A DNA stretch of 25,716 nucleotides from Abditibacteriaceae bacterium (GTDB lineage: Bacteria; Armatimonadota; Abditibacteriia; Abditibacteriales; Abditibacteriaceae): the NCBI GenBank assembly GCA_031372065.1, contig JANMKN010000007.1, positions 1-25,716 of the forward strand. Reading direction: 5' to 3'. Below are positions 16,503-25,716 of the stretch, one piece after another. A program made the position numbers and the translations under genes. The notes below the pieces were generated by a model, which had not been told where the DNA came from, did no database searches, and saw only the letters and a list, made by a program, of their open reading frames with translations. Numbering within the stretch: the first letter of the stretch is position 1; the number at the start of each line of letters is the position of its first letter.

Positions 16503-19037
16503 TTATGCTGAATCTTTGAAGCGCAAGAGACGCAAAGCGTTTAACACGACAACTAACGTGCTGCCCTCGTGAAAGACAACGGCCACGCCCAAGCGGGCAA
16601 AGCCAAACAACGTCGCGGGCACGAGGAGCGCGATAACGCCGAGAGCAATCCACAGATTTTGCTGAATAATGCGACGCGCTTGCCGACTAAGGGCCACAGC
16701 GAAAGGCAATTTGGAAAGGTCGTCGCCCATCAAGGCCACATCGGCAGTTTCAAGCGCCACATCGGTGCCGCCCGCGCCCATCGCAATGCCAACGGTGGCA
16801 TTGGCTAAAGCGGGCGCGTCGTTGACGCCATCGCCGACCATCGCCACCATTTCGTGTTGTTTAAGCAAATCGTTGAGCGCGGTTACTTTGTCTTCGGGCA
16901 GTAAATTAGCGCGCACATCGGTCACTCCGGCAGATTGCGCGATAGTTTTCGCTACGCGCTCGTTATCGCCGGTCAGCATGATAATCGAATCAATGCCGCA
17001 TTCGCGCAAAGCCTTCAACGCTGCTGGCGTTTCGGCGCGCAATTGGTCGGCAAACGCGATAACGCCAACGACTTGTGAATTAACACCAATAATCATCGTT
17101 GGCTTGCCGGAATCGCTTAACGCGTGCGCTTGATTTTGCAATTCGTCTGAAATTTCAAGGCCCGCTTCGGCGAACATTTTGGCGTTGCCAAGGCGCACAA
17201 TCTGGCCTTCGACTTCGCTTTGCACGCCGCGTCCCGGCACGTTTTGCAGTTCTCCAGCAACCGGCAAAACGACGTTTTGTTCTGTTGCACGGCGCACAAC
17301 TGCTTGCGCCAAAGGATGGCTCGAACGCGTTTCCACCCCGGCGGCAAAGCGCAGCAATTCGGCTTCGCCCATGCCAATTGCGATAACATCCGTCACTTCG
17401 GGTCGCCCGCGCGTGAGCGTGCCGGTTTTGTCCATCGCAATGGCCTTTAAGCGGCCCAAATTCTCCAAATGCACGCCGCCTTTTATCAAAACGCCGTTGC
17501 GTGCCGCCTGTCCGATGCCCGCCAAAACTGCCGCCGGAGTTGCGAGCGCTAAAGCGCACGGCGAAGCCGCCACCAGCGCCGAAATGCCGCGCAAAACCGC
17601 TTCGTTCCATGTGAGCCAGCCAAACAGCGGCGGCACCACCATCGCCAAAAACGCCACGCCTAAAACAATCGGCACAAAGATGTTTTCAAATTTTTCGGCG
17701 AAAGTTTGCGAGGGCGATTTTTGCGACTGCGCTTCTTCCACCATCTCGATAACGCGCGCCATTGTGGTGTCTTGCGCAAGGCGCGTGACTTCCACTTCCA
17801 AGGCGCCATCGCCGTTGATGCTGCCCGCGAAAACGCCGTCGCCTTGGTCTTTTTCGAGCGGCAAACTTTCGCCGGTAATCGGGCTTTGGTCAACCGCCGA
17901 GCGGCCTTGGCGAATCGTGCCATCAACCGCAATGCGATCGCCGGGACGCACGATAGCAATGTCGCCCAAACGCAATTCCTCGACTGGAATTTCGAGTTCT
18001 TCGCCTTCGCGCCGCACGCGCGCCACTTTGGGCGTGATATTGCCCAAAGCGCTGATGGCATCGCGCGCTTTTTCCATCGCAAAATGTTCGAGGGCATGAC
18101 CGAGCGAAAACAAAAACAGCAAAAACGCGCCTTCGGCCCATTCGCCCAAAATCGCCGCGCCAAGGGCACCGGCTAACATCAAAAATTCAACATCAAAACG
18201 CCCTGATAAAATCGTCGGCAAGGCGTGGCGCGCCAGATTGTAACCGCCCGCCGCATAAGCGCCGAGATAAAAAGCCAACGCCAGCGCGAAGGGAAAATGC
18301 AGCAGGTTTTCGCCGACAAAACCGATAATCAGCAGAGCGCCCGAAAGCAGCGCAAGGGCCATTTCCCGATGGCGCACAATCCACGCTGTGTTTTCATCGA
18401 AATGCGCGCCGCCATGATTGTGACCCGCGTGTTCATCGTGAGAATTAGCGGGCGCGGCGTGCGAAACGTGATTGTGATGCTCATGGCCGCAGTTGGCGTG
18501 GTCATGTTCGTGTTTGGGCGCTGCGACGGGCGCTGTGGGCAACATCGTCAAACTGCGCGATTTATTGGGCACGCGATAACCGAGGCGCGTGACGGCTTTG
18601 ACGATGGTGGTGCGTTCGATAAGCGTCGAATCATATTCGACTTTCAGCTTTTGCGTGGGATAATTGACGTTCACATTCAGCACACCATCTTGCTTGCGCA
18701 CAACGTGTTCGATGCCCGCCGCGCAGGAAGCGCAATCCATGCCCGCCACAGTCAAAGTTTCATGGCGAAAACGCTTGGTGATGGCGGCGCCTTCATCGCG
18801 AGTCAGGCGTTCGAGTTTTTCGAGCGGCACCAAATTCGGGTTGTAATGCAAGCACAGCACGGCCCGGCCACTATCGCGCTCGACGTGGGCCTGCGTGATG
18901 CCGGTTTGCGCTTGCAAGCGCTCTTGCAGACGCGCCACGCAGCCGTCGTCGGCATCGTCAATGCCCGGCAACACAACGGGAATGCCAAGTTGCAGCGATT
19001 GTTCGCCTGCTGGCAAAGGCGCGTGAGAGGTCGTCAT
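16503..19037 (-). CDS. Heavy-metal-translocating P1B-type ATPase (CadA/ZntA-like annotation; P1B-4 membrane motifs)
   Basis: HMA domain GMDCASC, His-rich linker, TGES, ASPCAL, DKTGT, SSHP, GDGVNDAP, HEGST. Confidence 0.96.
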   Translation of the reverse strand: MTTSHAPLPAGEQSLQLGIPVVLPGIDDADDGCVARLQERLQAQTGITQAHVERDSGRAVLCLHYNPNLVPLEKLERLTRDEGAAITKRFRHETLTVAGMDCASCAAGIEHVVRKQDGVLNVNVNYPTQKLKVEYDSTLIERTTIVKAVTRLGYRVPNKSRSLTMLPTAPVAAPKHEHDHANCGHEHHNHVSHAAPANSHDEHAGHNHGGAHFDENTAWIVRHREMALALLSGALLIIGFVGENLLHFPFALALAFYLGAYAAGGYNLARHALPTILSGRFDVEFLMLAGALGAAILGEWAEGAFLLFLFSLGHALEHFAMEKARDAISALGNITPKVARVRREGEELEIPVEELRLGDIAIVRPGDRIAVDGTIRQGRSAVDQSPITGESLPLEKDQGDGVFAGSINGDGALEVEVTRLAQDTTMARVIEMVEEAQSQKSPSQTFAEKFENIFVPIVLGVAFLAMVVPPLFGWLTWNEAVLRGISALVAASPCALALATPAAVLAGIGQAARNGVLIKGGVHLENLGRLKAIAMDKTGTLTRGRPEVTDVIAIGMGEAELLRFAAGVETRSSHPLAQAVVRRATEQNVVLPVAGELQNVPGRGVQSEVEGQIVRLGNAKMFAEAGLEISDELQNQAHALSDSGKPTMIIGVNSQVVGVIAFADQLRAETPAALKALRECGIDSIIMLTGDNERVAKTIAQSAGVTDVRANLLPEDKVTALNDLLKQHEMVAMVGDGVNDAPALANATVGIAMGAGGTDVALETADVALMGDDLSKLPFAVALSRQARRIIQQNLWIALGVIALLVPATLFGFARLGVAVVFHEGSTLVVVLNALRLLRFKDSA

Positions 19038-19057
19038 TTTTCGCTTTCGTGCTTCGG

Positions 19058-20323
19058 TTAATGATCAGGCTGTTCGTTCGGGTCGCCATATTCAAAGCGT
19101 GCCGTGGGACGAAACTGGCCGGTCATGATTTCGCGTTCAAAGGGCGCACCCAAATTGACTCCTTCGCAGGTCACATTGAAAATGAACTGCTGCATCGTCG
19201 GCAAATGGCGCCCGCCGAGGTTGACCGGACGCTTGGCGATGTAAACCGCCCCCCACGGCGCGCAAAAAAAGTGGCCGAGTTTTTTGCCCCATTTATCCAT
19301 CGCGTAATCAATGTCGCCGCGCGCCATGGCCGCGTTGATTTCGCTTTGAATTTCAATGGTGCGGCGCGGGTCGGGGTCGAGGCTCCACAGCGTTTTAATG
19401 GCGCGCACGGCTTCGCGGTCGTCTTGAAACCGCAGGCGCGCTTCGGGTTCGGTCAGGCACCACATATCAAAACCGGCCTCGTTTGGCCCGCCCAAACGGC
19501 TCGGCGCGGCAAACGATGTTCCTTTGGAAAGCAGCGAAGTCAGCGGATTGACCGAAGGCACGATGGGATTCGCGGGCGGCGTCAAAACTTTGCCCGACAG
19601 TTGTGGCATGGCGAGTAGTTGGCCGAGCAAATAAAATTTTTCGACGGCTTCTTTGACGTGTTCTTCGACGCGCTCATGCACATCGCGCGAGGGGTTGCCG
19701 CCCATCATGTCGTCGGCGTAGCGCGCGGTTGTCATAGCCGCTGCGTGCAACTGGCGAATCTGGTTGAGGCTTTTTTCTTGTTCCTTGCCTTGCGGGGGCG
19801 AATCATTCAAAAAAATCAAGGCCGCTTCGGTGTGGTCGCGCACAGCGCGCATCGCTTCGAGCATTCCAAACAAATGTGCGTTCGGGCACGGCTCCACTTC
19901 GCTCCAACCGGGAAATTCGGCAGGCACGGAAACATCCAATTTGTAATCGGGATTATGATGCGCCTGCTGCGCGCGGTTGAGCCAGCCTTCGACTTGGCCG
20001 TAAAAGCACAAAATCTGGTCGGCGGTAATGGCGGGCACAAAGCCGACCGTTTGCGGGTTGCCTTCGTAATCGGCATCCAAAAATTTATCGCCCAAAGTTT
20101 GCAGCACAAAGGCGTTCCATGTGCAAAGAATTTCCGCTTGTGTTGAAGCGGGTAAAGTCCACGCATTTAGTCCGGCGTCTTTGGCTTGCCGGCGATGCTC
20201 TTCGCAGTGTTCCAGCGCGTCATAGACCGCCAAACTGGCGCGGCGATAGGCTTCCAGCGTATCGGCTGACACTTCGCCACTCATGGCGGCGCACATCCGG
20301 TTCCACATCGTTGGTTTGATCAT
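19058..20323 (-). CDS. Hypothetical protein, about 421 aa, probably co-transcribed with the ATPase
   Basis: Long ORF with host-like codon usage, AAGGAG SD before the ATG at 20323, 20-bp gap to the ATPase start. Confidence 0.85.
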   Translation of the reverse strand: MIKPTMWNRMCAAMSGEVSADTLEAYRRASLAVYDALEHCEEHRRQAKDAGLNAWTLPASTQAEILCTWNAFVLQTLGDKFLDADYEGNPQTVGFVPAITADQILCFYGQVEGWLNRAQQAHHNPDYKLDVSVPAEFPGWSEVEPCPNAHLFGMLEAMRAVRDHTEAALIFLNDSPPQGKEQEKSLNQIRQLHAAAMTTARYADDMMGGNPSRDVHERVEEHVKEAVEKFYLLGQLLAMPQLSGKVLTPPANPIVPSVNPLTSLLSKGTSFAAPSRLGGPNEAGFDMWCLTEPEARLRFQDDREAVRAIKTLWSLDPDPRRTIEIQSEINAAMARGDIDYAMDKWGKKLGHFFCAPWGAVYIAKRPVNLGGRHLPTMQQFIFNVTCEGVNLGAPFEREIMTGQFRPTARFEYGDPNEQPDH

Positions 20324-20408
20324 TCTCCGTCTCCTTGCCACAAATCATATCAAATAGAGCATTGCCATTTATCACCCAATCACGGCTGCCAAAGAGTGTA
20401 GAAACAAA

Positions 20409-20441
20409 AAAACGGCGTGCGCTTGAAGCGCACGCCGTTTT
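20409..20441 (-). terminator. Rho-independent terminator after the CSLREA gene
   Basis: AAAACGGCGTGCGCTT-G-AAGCGCACGCCGTTTT, with an A-run giving a U-tail on the minus strand. Confidence 0.82.
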
Positions 20442-20452
20442 GAAAATACTTC

Positions 20453-23400
20453 TCAGCGCCCGAAACTAAGGACGACTAAGTTACTTGGCGCGGAGGTCGC
20501 GGTGTTGCCCACCACGTTGGTGGCTATCGCTTGCGACTTGTAAAAACCGGGCGGTATCGAAGCATCCAAACTCCAAGAAACTGTGCCCTGCGGCGTGCCG
20601 ATGGGCTGAGTTGCATTTACTTTGGCTTCGCGTTCGAAGGTTTGCACTATCGGCCCATGCAAACTTTGGCGCTGCTCGAAGCGCACTTTGACGGATGTAA
20701 TACCTTTAATATCGCGCGCGGTGCCTTCGAGATGAACAGTTGAGCCGAAAGTGAGGCCCGATGTTTTGAGAATCGCCACTTGAGGCCGTGATTTATCCAC
20801 CGTTGCCGCGATGGTTTTTGCCAATTCGCTGGTGTCGCCGGTAGTTTGACTGGTGGCTGTTGCGGTAATGAACTTGCCGGCCAATGCCTTGGGCGCATTG
20901 AACGTGAAGGCCGCGTTGCCAGAGCCATCGGTTCGCACTTCGATACTACCCAAATATTGATCGGCTTGCGCTTTCTTCCCGACTGGAGCGCCGCCTACAA
21001 AGAACTCGATGAGATAAGTTCGGTTGGGACGGCTGTTGAGCGTGCCGCGCACAAACGTGCTTTGGCTGGTTAAAAATTCGCGCAGCACAGGGAAGTTTTG
21101 CAGGTTGTTTGGGCCTTTGTCGGCATCGCCAAGGTCGTTGGGCGTGATGAAATCTGTGGCCCGTTTGTCGTTTGGCGCTTGCAGATCAATGCCAATCAGC
21201 GAGTTACCGGCGATTTCATTTTGAAGAATGGCGTTGCCCACGGCGTTGGTTCCAAGCACGAAAACGCCGCCATCGTAGTTATCGAAGATTCCATTGTTGT
21301 AAATGGTGTTGTCCGTGGCGTCATCTATAATAACTCCATCGAACTCATTAGCCTCAATGTCATTGCTTGCCACGACGTTGCCATCTGAAAAATCCTGAAT
21401 CGCCACGCCGTAATTGCCGTTATTGACAATCAGATTGCCTTCGTCTTCGGCCTGTCCCCCTATCAGGTTGAAGGCAGAGTCACTAATTCTAACGCCCGAA
21501 AAGCCGTTGCCTAAACCGAATTCGGCGTTGGCATCAGCGCCGATGATGTTGCCTTGCACCGCATTTTGCTCGGAAGATTCTTCGATGAAGATGCCGCGCG
21601 AAGCGTTATAGGACACCACGTTCCCTTCGCCTTGGCCGCCCCCGCCAATCAAGTTGCCCGATGAGAACATGAGATGAATGCCGTTTTCATCGTTGCCGAC
21701 GCCCACTTCGCCTGTGGCATCGGTGCCAATGTAATTGCCTTGAATGGTGTTGTCATCGCTGGCATACAAAAAGATACCCTCGTTGTAGTTGCCGGTAATC
21801 ACGTTGCCCGCATACGGTTGACTGCCACCGATCAGCGTGTGGGTCACGCCTTGGTTAAGGATGATGCCGTTGCTGTTGCCGATGGTGTGCGTGTTGTGTT
21901 CGTCAATGCCAATGTTATTGCCTTGAATCGCATTGCCGGAAGTCTCAGGCAAGAAGTTCTCTGAACCAACATAAACACCCGCTTGGCCATTGCCGGAAAT
22001 GAGGTTGCCAGTGCCTCTTGTGGGGCCGCCGATGACGTTGTCCTGCGCGTCGGCAATATAGACTCCGTAAACATTGCCTAAGGCACCGCCACCTGCGCCA
22101 ACGCCAATTGAGTTGTTTTCCACATGGTTATGCTTTGAAATCGGGCCGGGCAAACCTTCGTCTTCATAGTTGATGGCGACCAGACCGTAGTAGCTATCGC
22201 AAATCAGGTTGCGACTTTTGCCCGCGCCGCCAATGAGGCTGTTCTCGCAACCTTGCAATACCACGCCAGCAACCCGGTTCCCTAAGGGGGCATTGCCGCT
22301 TTTGTCGGTGCCGATGTAGTTGCCCTGCACACGGTTGTCTCTGGCAACGCCAGTCTTGAAGGCAGCGAGGCGCACGCCAACCGCGTTGCCGGAAATTACG
22401 TTACGCTCGGCTCTGCTTGTGCCACCAATGAGGTTAGCGCTGGCATTGCTAACCATGATGCCCGCATCTCCGTTGCCCAACGCCTTTAAACCTGTCCGGT
22501 CAGTGCCAATGTAATTGCCTTGAATAATCACGTTGGCATTTGCCTGTGACATAGCTGCGTATTTGTTGCCTTGCTTTCCCTTAACCGCTGAAAAAGGTGG
22601 TGGCGGCGGGGGCATCGGAATGGAGTCTCTAACTACCACACCTATGATGCTATTCCCGCTAATCACATTACGCTGTTCTGTTGAGGTGCCACCGATTTGA
22701 ATACGGCTTACATCTTCCAAGAAAATGCCATAAAACTGGGGGCCACCGGCGACACTTCCCGTGGCATTGGTGCCGATATAACAGCCTTGAATCACACAAT
22801 CATGTGTCCGCTCACCAAATATCTCAATGCCGCTAAAACCAAACGAATTGATCACCAGCGACTTTATCGTGCAATTGGAGGCACCAATATACAGCCCTGA
22901 ACCACCACCTGTCTGGGCACCGCTTATTTCAATCAGCGGGCTATTCTTGAAACCGGGCTGCGAACTACCATCAATGGTTATGGGCGTATTGATTACTGGC
23001 AAATCCTGAACTGGCTTGATGGTCTGAACGCCGGTGCCGGGGATATCGAAGTTGATAACATTGGCGCCGGGCAGCTTATTGGCGGCGTTAATCGCCTCAC
23101 GCAGCGAACAATGGCGAACGGTGCAGGCGCCGTCGTTTTTGTCGTCGCTGGTGTTCACGATCAACGTGGTGCCGTCTTGCACGGAATCCGTTGGTGCTTC
23201 GTTGCCTTGCAATTCAAAAGCGCCGATGTCGCTGCCATCGCTGCCAGAGGCATTCGGATAATTAACTAAGTTCACCGGACGCGCCTTGCCGCGTTGATCT
23301 GTTGTCAGCCCGAAGCGATTGCCGCTGTCCAAGACGGGACTATCAGGCGCGGGGCGGTGCGAACGCTGAAAACCACCGTAGAAATTCAACGCTTCCAGCT

Positions 23401-24355
23401 TGGGGTCAACCGGCGTAGACGAGGTGCCGACAAGGTCGCCTTTGGCGCCAAAACCGTTGCTGCCCTCGCTGTCGCCGATGAGGTTGTATCCCGACGAAGT
23501 CACATCACCGAAGACATCGTTGCCTTGCGGCGCGCTGTTTTTGGCGAAGATGCTATTGGCTACGCTGGCGTTATTGATTTGACGAAGCCCGCCGCCCGTT
23601 TCCGAAGCGTTGTTTTGGGTAAGCGTCACCGCTTTGAGATTCAGCGTGCCCGTATTGTAAATGCCGCCGCCGCTGCCCCGCGCGCCAATGCCCGCGTTGT
23701 TGCCCGAAACAGTGCAATTGGTTAGCGTGGCGGTGCCGAGGTTCAATAATCCGGCGCCGCTGCCCGAAGTGTTGTTACCTTCAATGCTGCATCCGAGCAT
23801 ATTCAGTTGGCCGTTGTTGAAGATACCAGCGCCATCACTGGCGAAGTTCTGTGATATTTCGCATTGACTCAGCGTTAAAACGCCACCGCTCCTGACCGTG
23901 ACGCCCGCACCGCTTAAACGGGTGCGCCCGCCGACAAAATCAACCCGCAAAATGCTAACCGGGCTGGCTTCTACGCTTAACAAGCGAAAACGCCCGGTGC
24001 CCAACACGGCGATATGGTTGCCCGTGTAGTTAAGAATCTGAACCTTCTGCGTTACGGCAGGCAGTTCACTTTGCAAAGTAATCGGCCCAATCAAGCCACC
24101 CGCGAATTCGATGTAGTCTTGGTCAGCGTTCGCGTTGGCGGCGTTCACCGCCTCACGGAGCGTGCAATCCTGAAAGGAGCAGCTTCCGTCGTCATGATCT
24201 TCTAATGTTGTCACGAACTGCGTGAATGTGGGAGGCGGAGGCGGACCTTGTGCGCTCACCGAATGCGCTCCAACAAAACCAACTAACATCACAGCGGCCC
24301 CAGCCAGATACTTCTTTTCCAACCTACGACGCACAACATCAGCAAACCAAGTCAT
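20453..24355 (-). CDS. Large secreted CSLREA-domain / right-handed beta-helix surface protein with C-terminal Ig-like domains
   Basis: Signal peptide (..AHSVSA-Q), CTLREAV and CSLREAI motifs, GGGIYN repeats, TDQRG..DIGAFE (choice-of-anchor Q-like), repeated QGNYIGTD / RNVISGN, GPNNLQNFP. GGAGG SD before the ATG at 24355. Confidence 0.9.
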   Translation of the reverse strand: MTWFADVVRRRLEKKYLAGAAVMLVGFVGAHSVSAQGPPPPPTFTQFVTTLEDHDDGSCSFQDCTLREAVNAANANADQDYIEFAGGLIGPITLQSELPAVTQKVQILNYTGNHIAVLGTGRFRLLSVEASPVSILRVDFVGGRTRLSGAGVTVRSGGVLTLSQCEISQNFASDGAGIFNNGQLNMLGCSIEGNNTSGSGAGLLNLGTATLTNCTVSGNNAGIGARGSGGGIYNTGTLNLKAVTLTQNNASETGGGLRQINNASVANSIFAKNSAPQGNDVFGDVTSSGYNLIGDSEGSNGFGAKGDLVGTSSTPVDPKLEALNFYGGFQRSHRPAPDSPVLDSGNRFGLTTDQRGKARPVNLVNYPNASGSDGSDIGAFELQGNEAPTDSVQDGTTLIVNTSDDKNDGACTVRHCSLREAINAANKLPGANVINFDIPGTGVQTIKPVQDLPVINTPITIDGSSQPGFKNSPLIEISGAQTGGGSGLYIGASNCTIKSLVINSFGFSGIEIFGERTHDCVIQGCYIGTNATGSVAGGPQFYGIFLEDVSRIQIGGTSTEQRNVISGNSIIGVVVRDSIPMPPPPPPFSAVKGKQGNKYAAMSQANANVIIQGNYIGTDRTGLKALGNGDAGIMVSNASANLIGGTSRAERNVISGNAVGVRLAAFKTGVARDNRVQGNYIGTDKSGNAPLGNRVAGVVLQGCENSLIGGAGKSRNLICDSYYGLVAINYEDEGLPGPISKHNHVENNSIGVGAGGGALGNVYGVYIADAQDNVIGGPTRGTGNLISGNGQAGVYVGSENFLPETSGNAIQGNNIGIDEHNTHTIGNSNGIILNQGVTHTLIGGSQPYAGNVITGNYNEGIFLYASDDNTIQGNYIGTDATGEVGVGNDENGIHLMFSSGNLIGGGGQGEGNVVSYNASRGIFIEESSEQNAVQGNIIGADANAEFGLGNGFSGVRISDSAFNLIGGQAEDEGNLIVNNGNYGVAIQDFSDGNVVASNDIEANEFDGVIIDDATDNTIYNNGIFDNYDGGVFVLGTNAVGNAILQNEIAGNSLIGIDLQAPNDKRATDFITPNDLGDADKGPNNLQNFPVLREFLTSQSTFVRGTLNSRPNRTYLIEFFVGGAPVGKKAQADQYLGSIEVRTDGSGNAAFTFNAPKALAGKFITATATSQTTGDTSELAKTIAATVDKSRPQVAILKTSGLTFGSTVHLEGTARDIKGITSVKVRFEQRQSLHGPIVQTFEREAKVNATQPIGTPQGTVSWSLDASIPPGFYKSQAIATNVVGNTATSAPSNLVVLSFGR

Positions 24356-24637
24356 AAAGACCTCCACAAATCAATAAAATTTTGTGCGGCTGCAACAATG
24401 AGAGTGACTCTTGGAGAAGATTAGCAGGCTTATCGAACGGTAGCAAGACGAATAGCGCTCAGTTCTCAGTCCTTGAGGCAATCATTTATCTAATATAAAC
24501 GCCTCACGACCCAAAATGAAATTCCCGAAGCATAAAATTCGCCGTCTTTTGACCAAATAACGGCTCAATTAGATGAAAAACCGCTTCCTTCCCCACGAAA
24601 ACAAGCATGATTTAGCCGAAATAACTCTTACAATTAC

Positions 24638-24868
24638 CGATTGTAAGAATTATTTCTTCGATTGTAAACGATATTTCGTTAATTGTAAGAATTCTTTAAA
24701 TAAATGTTGATTATCTTTTAAGGAAAGTCAGATTACTTTTAGTAATTTCAAGTTTGCTTTTAATACTTGCAATCTACCTTTTAGCGATTGTAAGATTACT
24801 TTTAACGATTGTAAAAGCGCTTTTGGTCGAAATCGAACGTTTTTAGGGCGTTACGAGGCCGTTTTTGG
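24638..24868. repeat. Degenerate tandem array C, about 11 units of exactly 21 bp, consensus cGATTGTAAGatTaCTTTTAr
   Basis: Units at 24638, 24659, 24680, 24701, 24722, 24743, 24764, 24785, 24806, with degenerate units at 24827 and 24848. AT-rich relative to the window. Confidence 0.88.
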
Positions 24869-24896
24869 CCGTAAATGAACAGGAATCAGGAGAAAT

Positions 24897-25535
24897 ATGG
24901 GGCAATTTCCGCGTGACCGAGCCAAAATCTTGGAGTTGGCTCAAAAAATTGGAATCGGCATGAGTGATCCCAATCATGTCAGTGCGTTTACCGCTTCGCC
25001 GGTTTCAGCGACGGAAATCAGCGAGGCCATAGACGCGACCACAGTAACCGCAGCGACTCGTCACCTTGCGCAACTGGCGTTAAACGATGCCATCGCCGCC
25101 GATCAAAACGCCGTTACCGAGCTTGCCCTGCTGATGCAGCAAGTCATCGGCTATGCACGCGGCAAGAAGAATAGCCAGCCCAAGATTCTGAAATGGATTG
25201 ATGTCGAAACCGCGCCACATAATAAATTGCCGCCCGGTTCATGTCGTGGTTTTAAGGAAGTATCGCGCACGTCCGACACGCTGTTTTTGAGTTGGAAAGG
25301 CCCGAAGTTTGGCACCAATATCAGCGACGGCGAGGGGGGCCGCGCCCGCATTTATGAAGTGGTGTGGCGCGAAAATGCCGCTTCCGAATGGCACGTCGCT
25401 GCGACAGTTCTCGAAAACAAAGCGCAAATTGCGTTGGCCTTGTTGGGCGACAGCAAAGCCATTTCAATCACCGTGCGCGCCGTCAACAAACAAGGCACCG
25501 GCCCGATTTCGCCGCCGATTACGCTGTCTTTGTGA
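24897..25535 (+). CDS. Hypothetical protein: N-terminal helical bundle plus C-terminal fibronectin type III-like domain
   Basis: AGGAGA SD; FN3-type pattern LFLSWKGP..YEVVWR..W..ITVRAVNKQGTGPISPP; no signal peptide. Confidence 0.82.
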   Translation: MGQFPRDRAKILELAQKIGIGMSDPNHVSAFTASPVSATEISEAIDATTVTAATRHLAQLALNDAIAADQNAVTELALLMQQVIGYARGKKNSQPKILKWIDVETAPHNKLPPGSCRGFKEVSRTSDTLFLSWKGPKFGTNISDGEGGRARIYEVVWRENAASEWHVAATVLENKAQIALALLGDSKAISITVRAVNKQGTGPISPPITLSL

Positions 25536-25616
25536 CTTTACCGACAGGAAAACGCTTCTGCAATGTTCAACCTATGAATTGAGGTAGGCGCTGGTAAGAG
25601 CAGCGTTGCTGCTCGA

Positions 25617-25661
25617 CCCCTCACCCAACCTCTCCCCCAATCGCTGCGCTGGGGAGAGGAG
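25617..25661. repeat. REP-like palindromic element (CCCTCACCC..CCTCTCCC..GGGAGAGG type)
   Basis: CCCCTCACCCAACCTCTCCCCCA-ATCGCTGCGC-TGGGGAGAGGAG hairpin. Confidence 0.65.
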
Positions 25662-25716
25662 TGTTTTACGCAAATGATCCTGCTCACTCCAATAGAGAAA
25701 GGGCGTAACAGGTAAG

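Overview
Bacterial chromosomal window. An Abditibacterium/Armatimonadetes-like origin is only an impression from gene content. From left to right: the 3' end of an IS1-family element, a PqaA-type hydrolase, a degraded EAL phosphodiesterase, a DUF1772 membrane protein and glycogen/alpha-glucan phosphorylase. Next is a three-ORF defence cassette (HsdR_N-type endonuclease fused to an N6-adenine MTase, an HsdS-like specificity ORF, a HEPN-motif protein). Then come an all-helical hypothetical, lysA/site-2 protease/scpA/scpB, a DUF4397 lipoprotein, gtrA, a P1B ATPase, a hypothetical, a large CSLREA beta-helix surface protein and a helical-bundle+FN3 protein. Two things stand out. (1) The RM and S ORFs are joined by what looks like a canonical -1 ribosomal frameshift signal (U_UUU_UUC, 7-nt spacer, GC-rich hairpin), and the S ORF has no credible start of its own. 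This suggests one mRNA makes both RM and an RM-S fusion. (2) Three intergenic arrays of about 11-14 degenerate 20-21-bp units have different consensus sequences, and two of them sit directly upstream of small helical-bundle protein genes.
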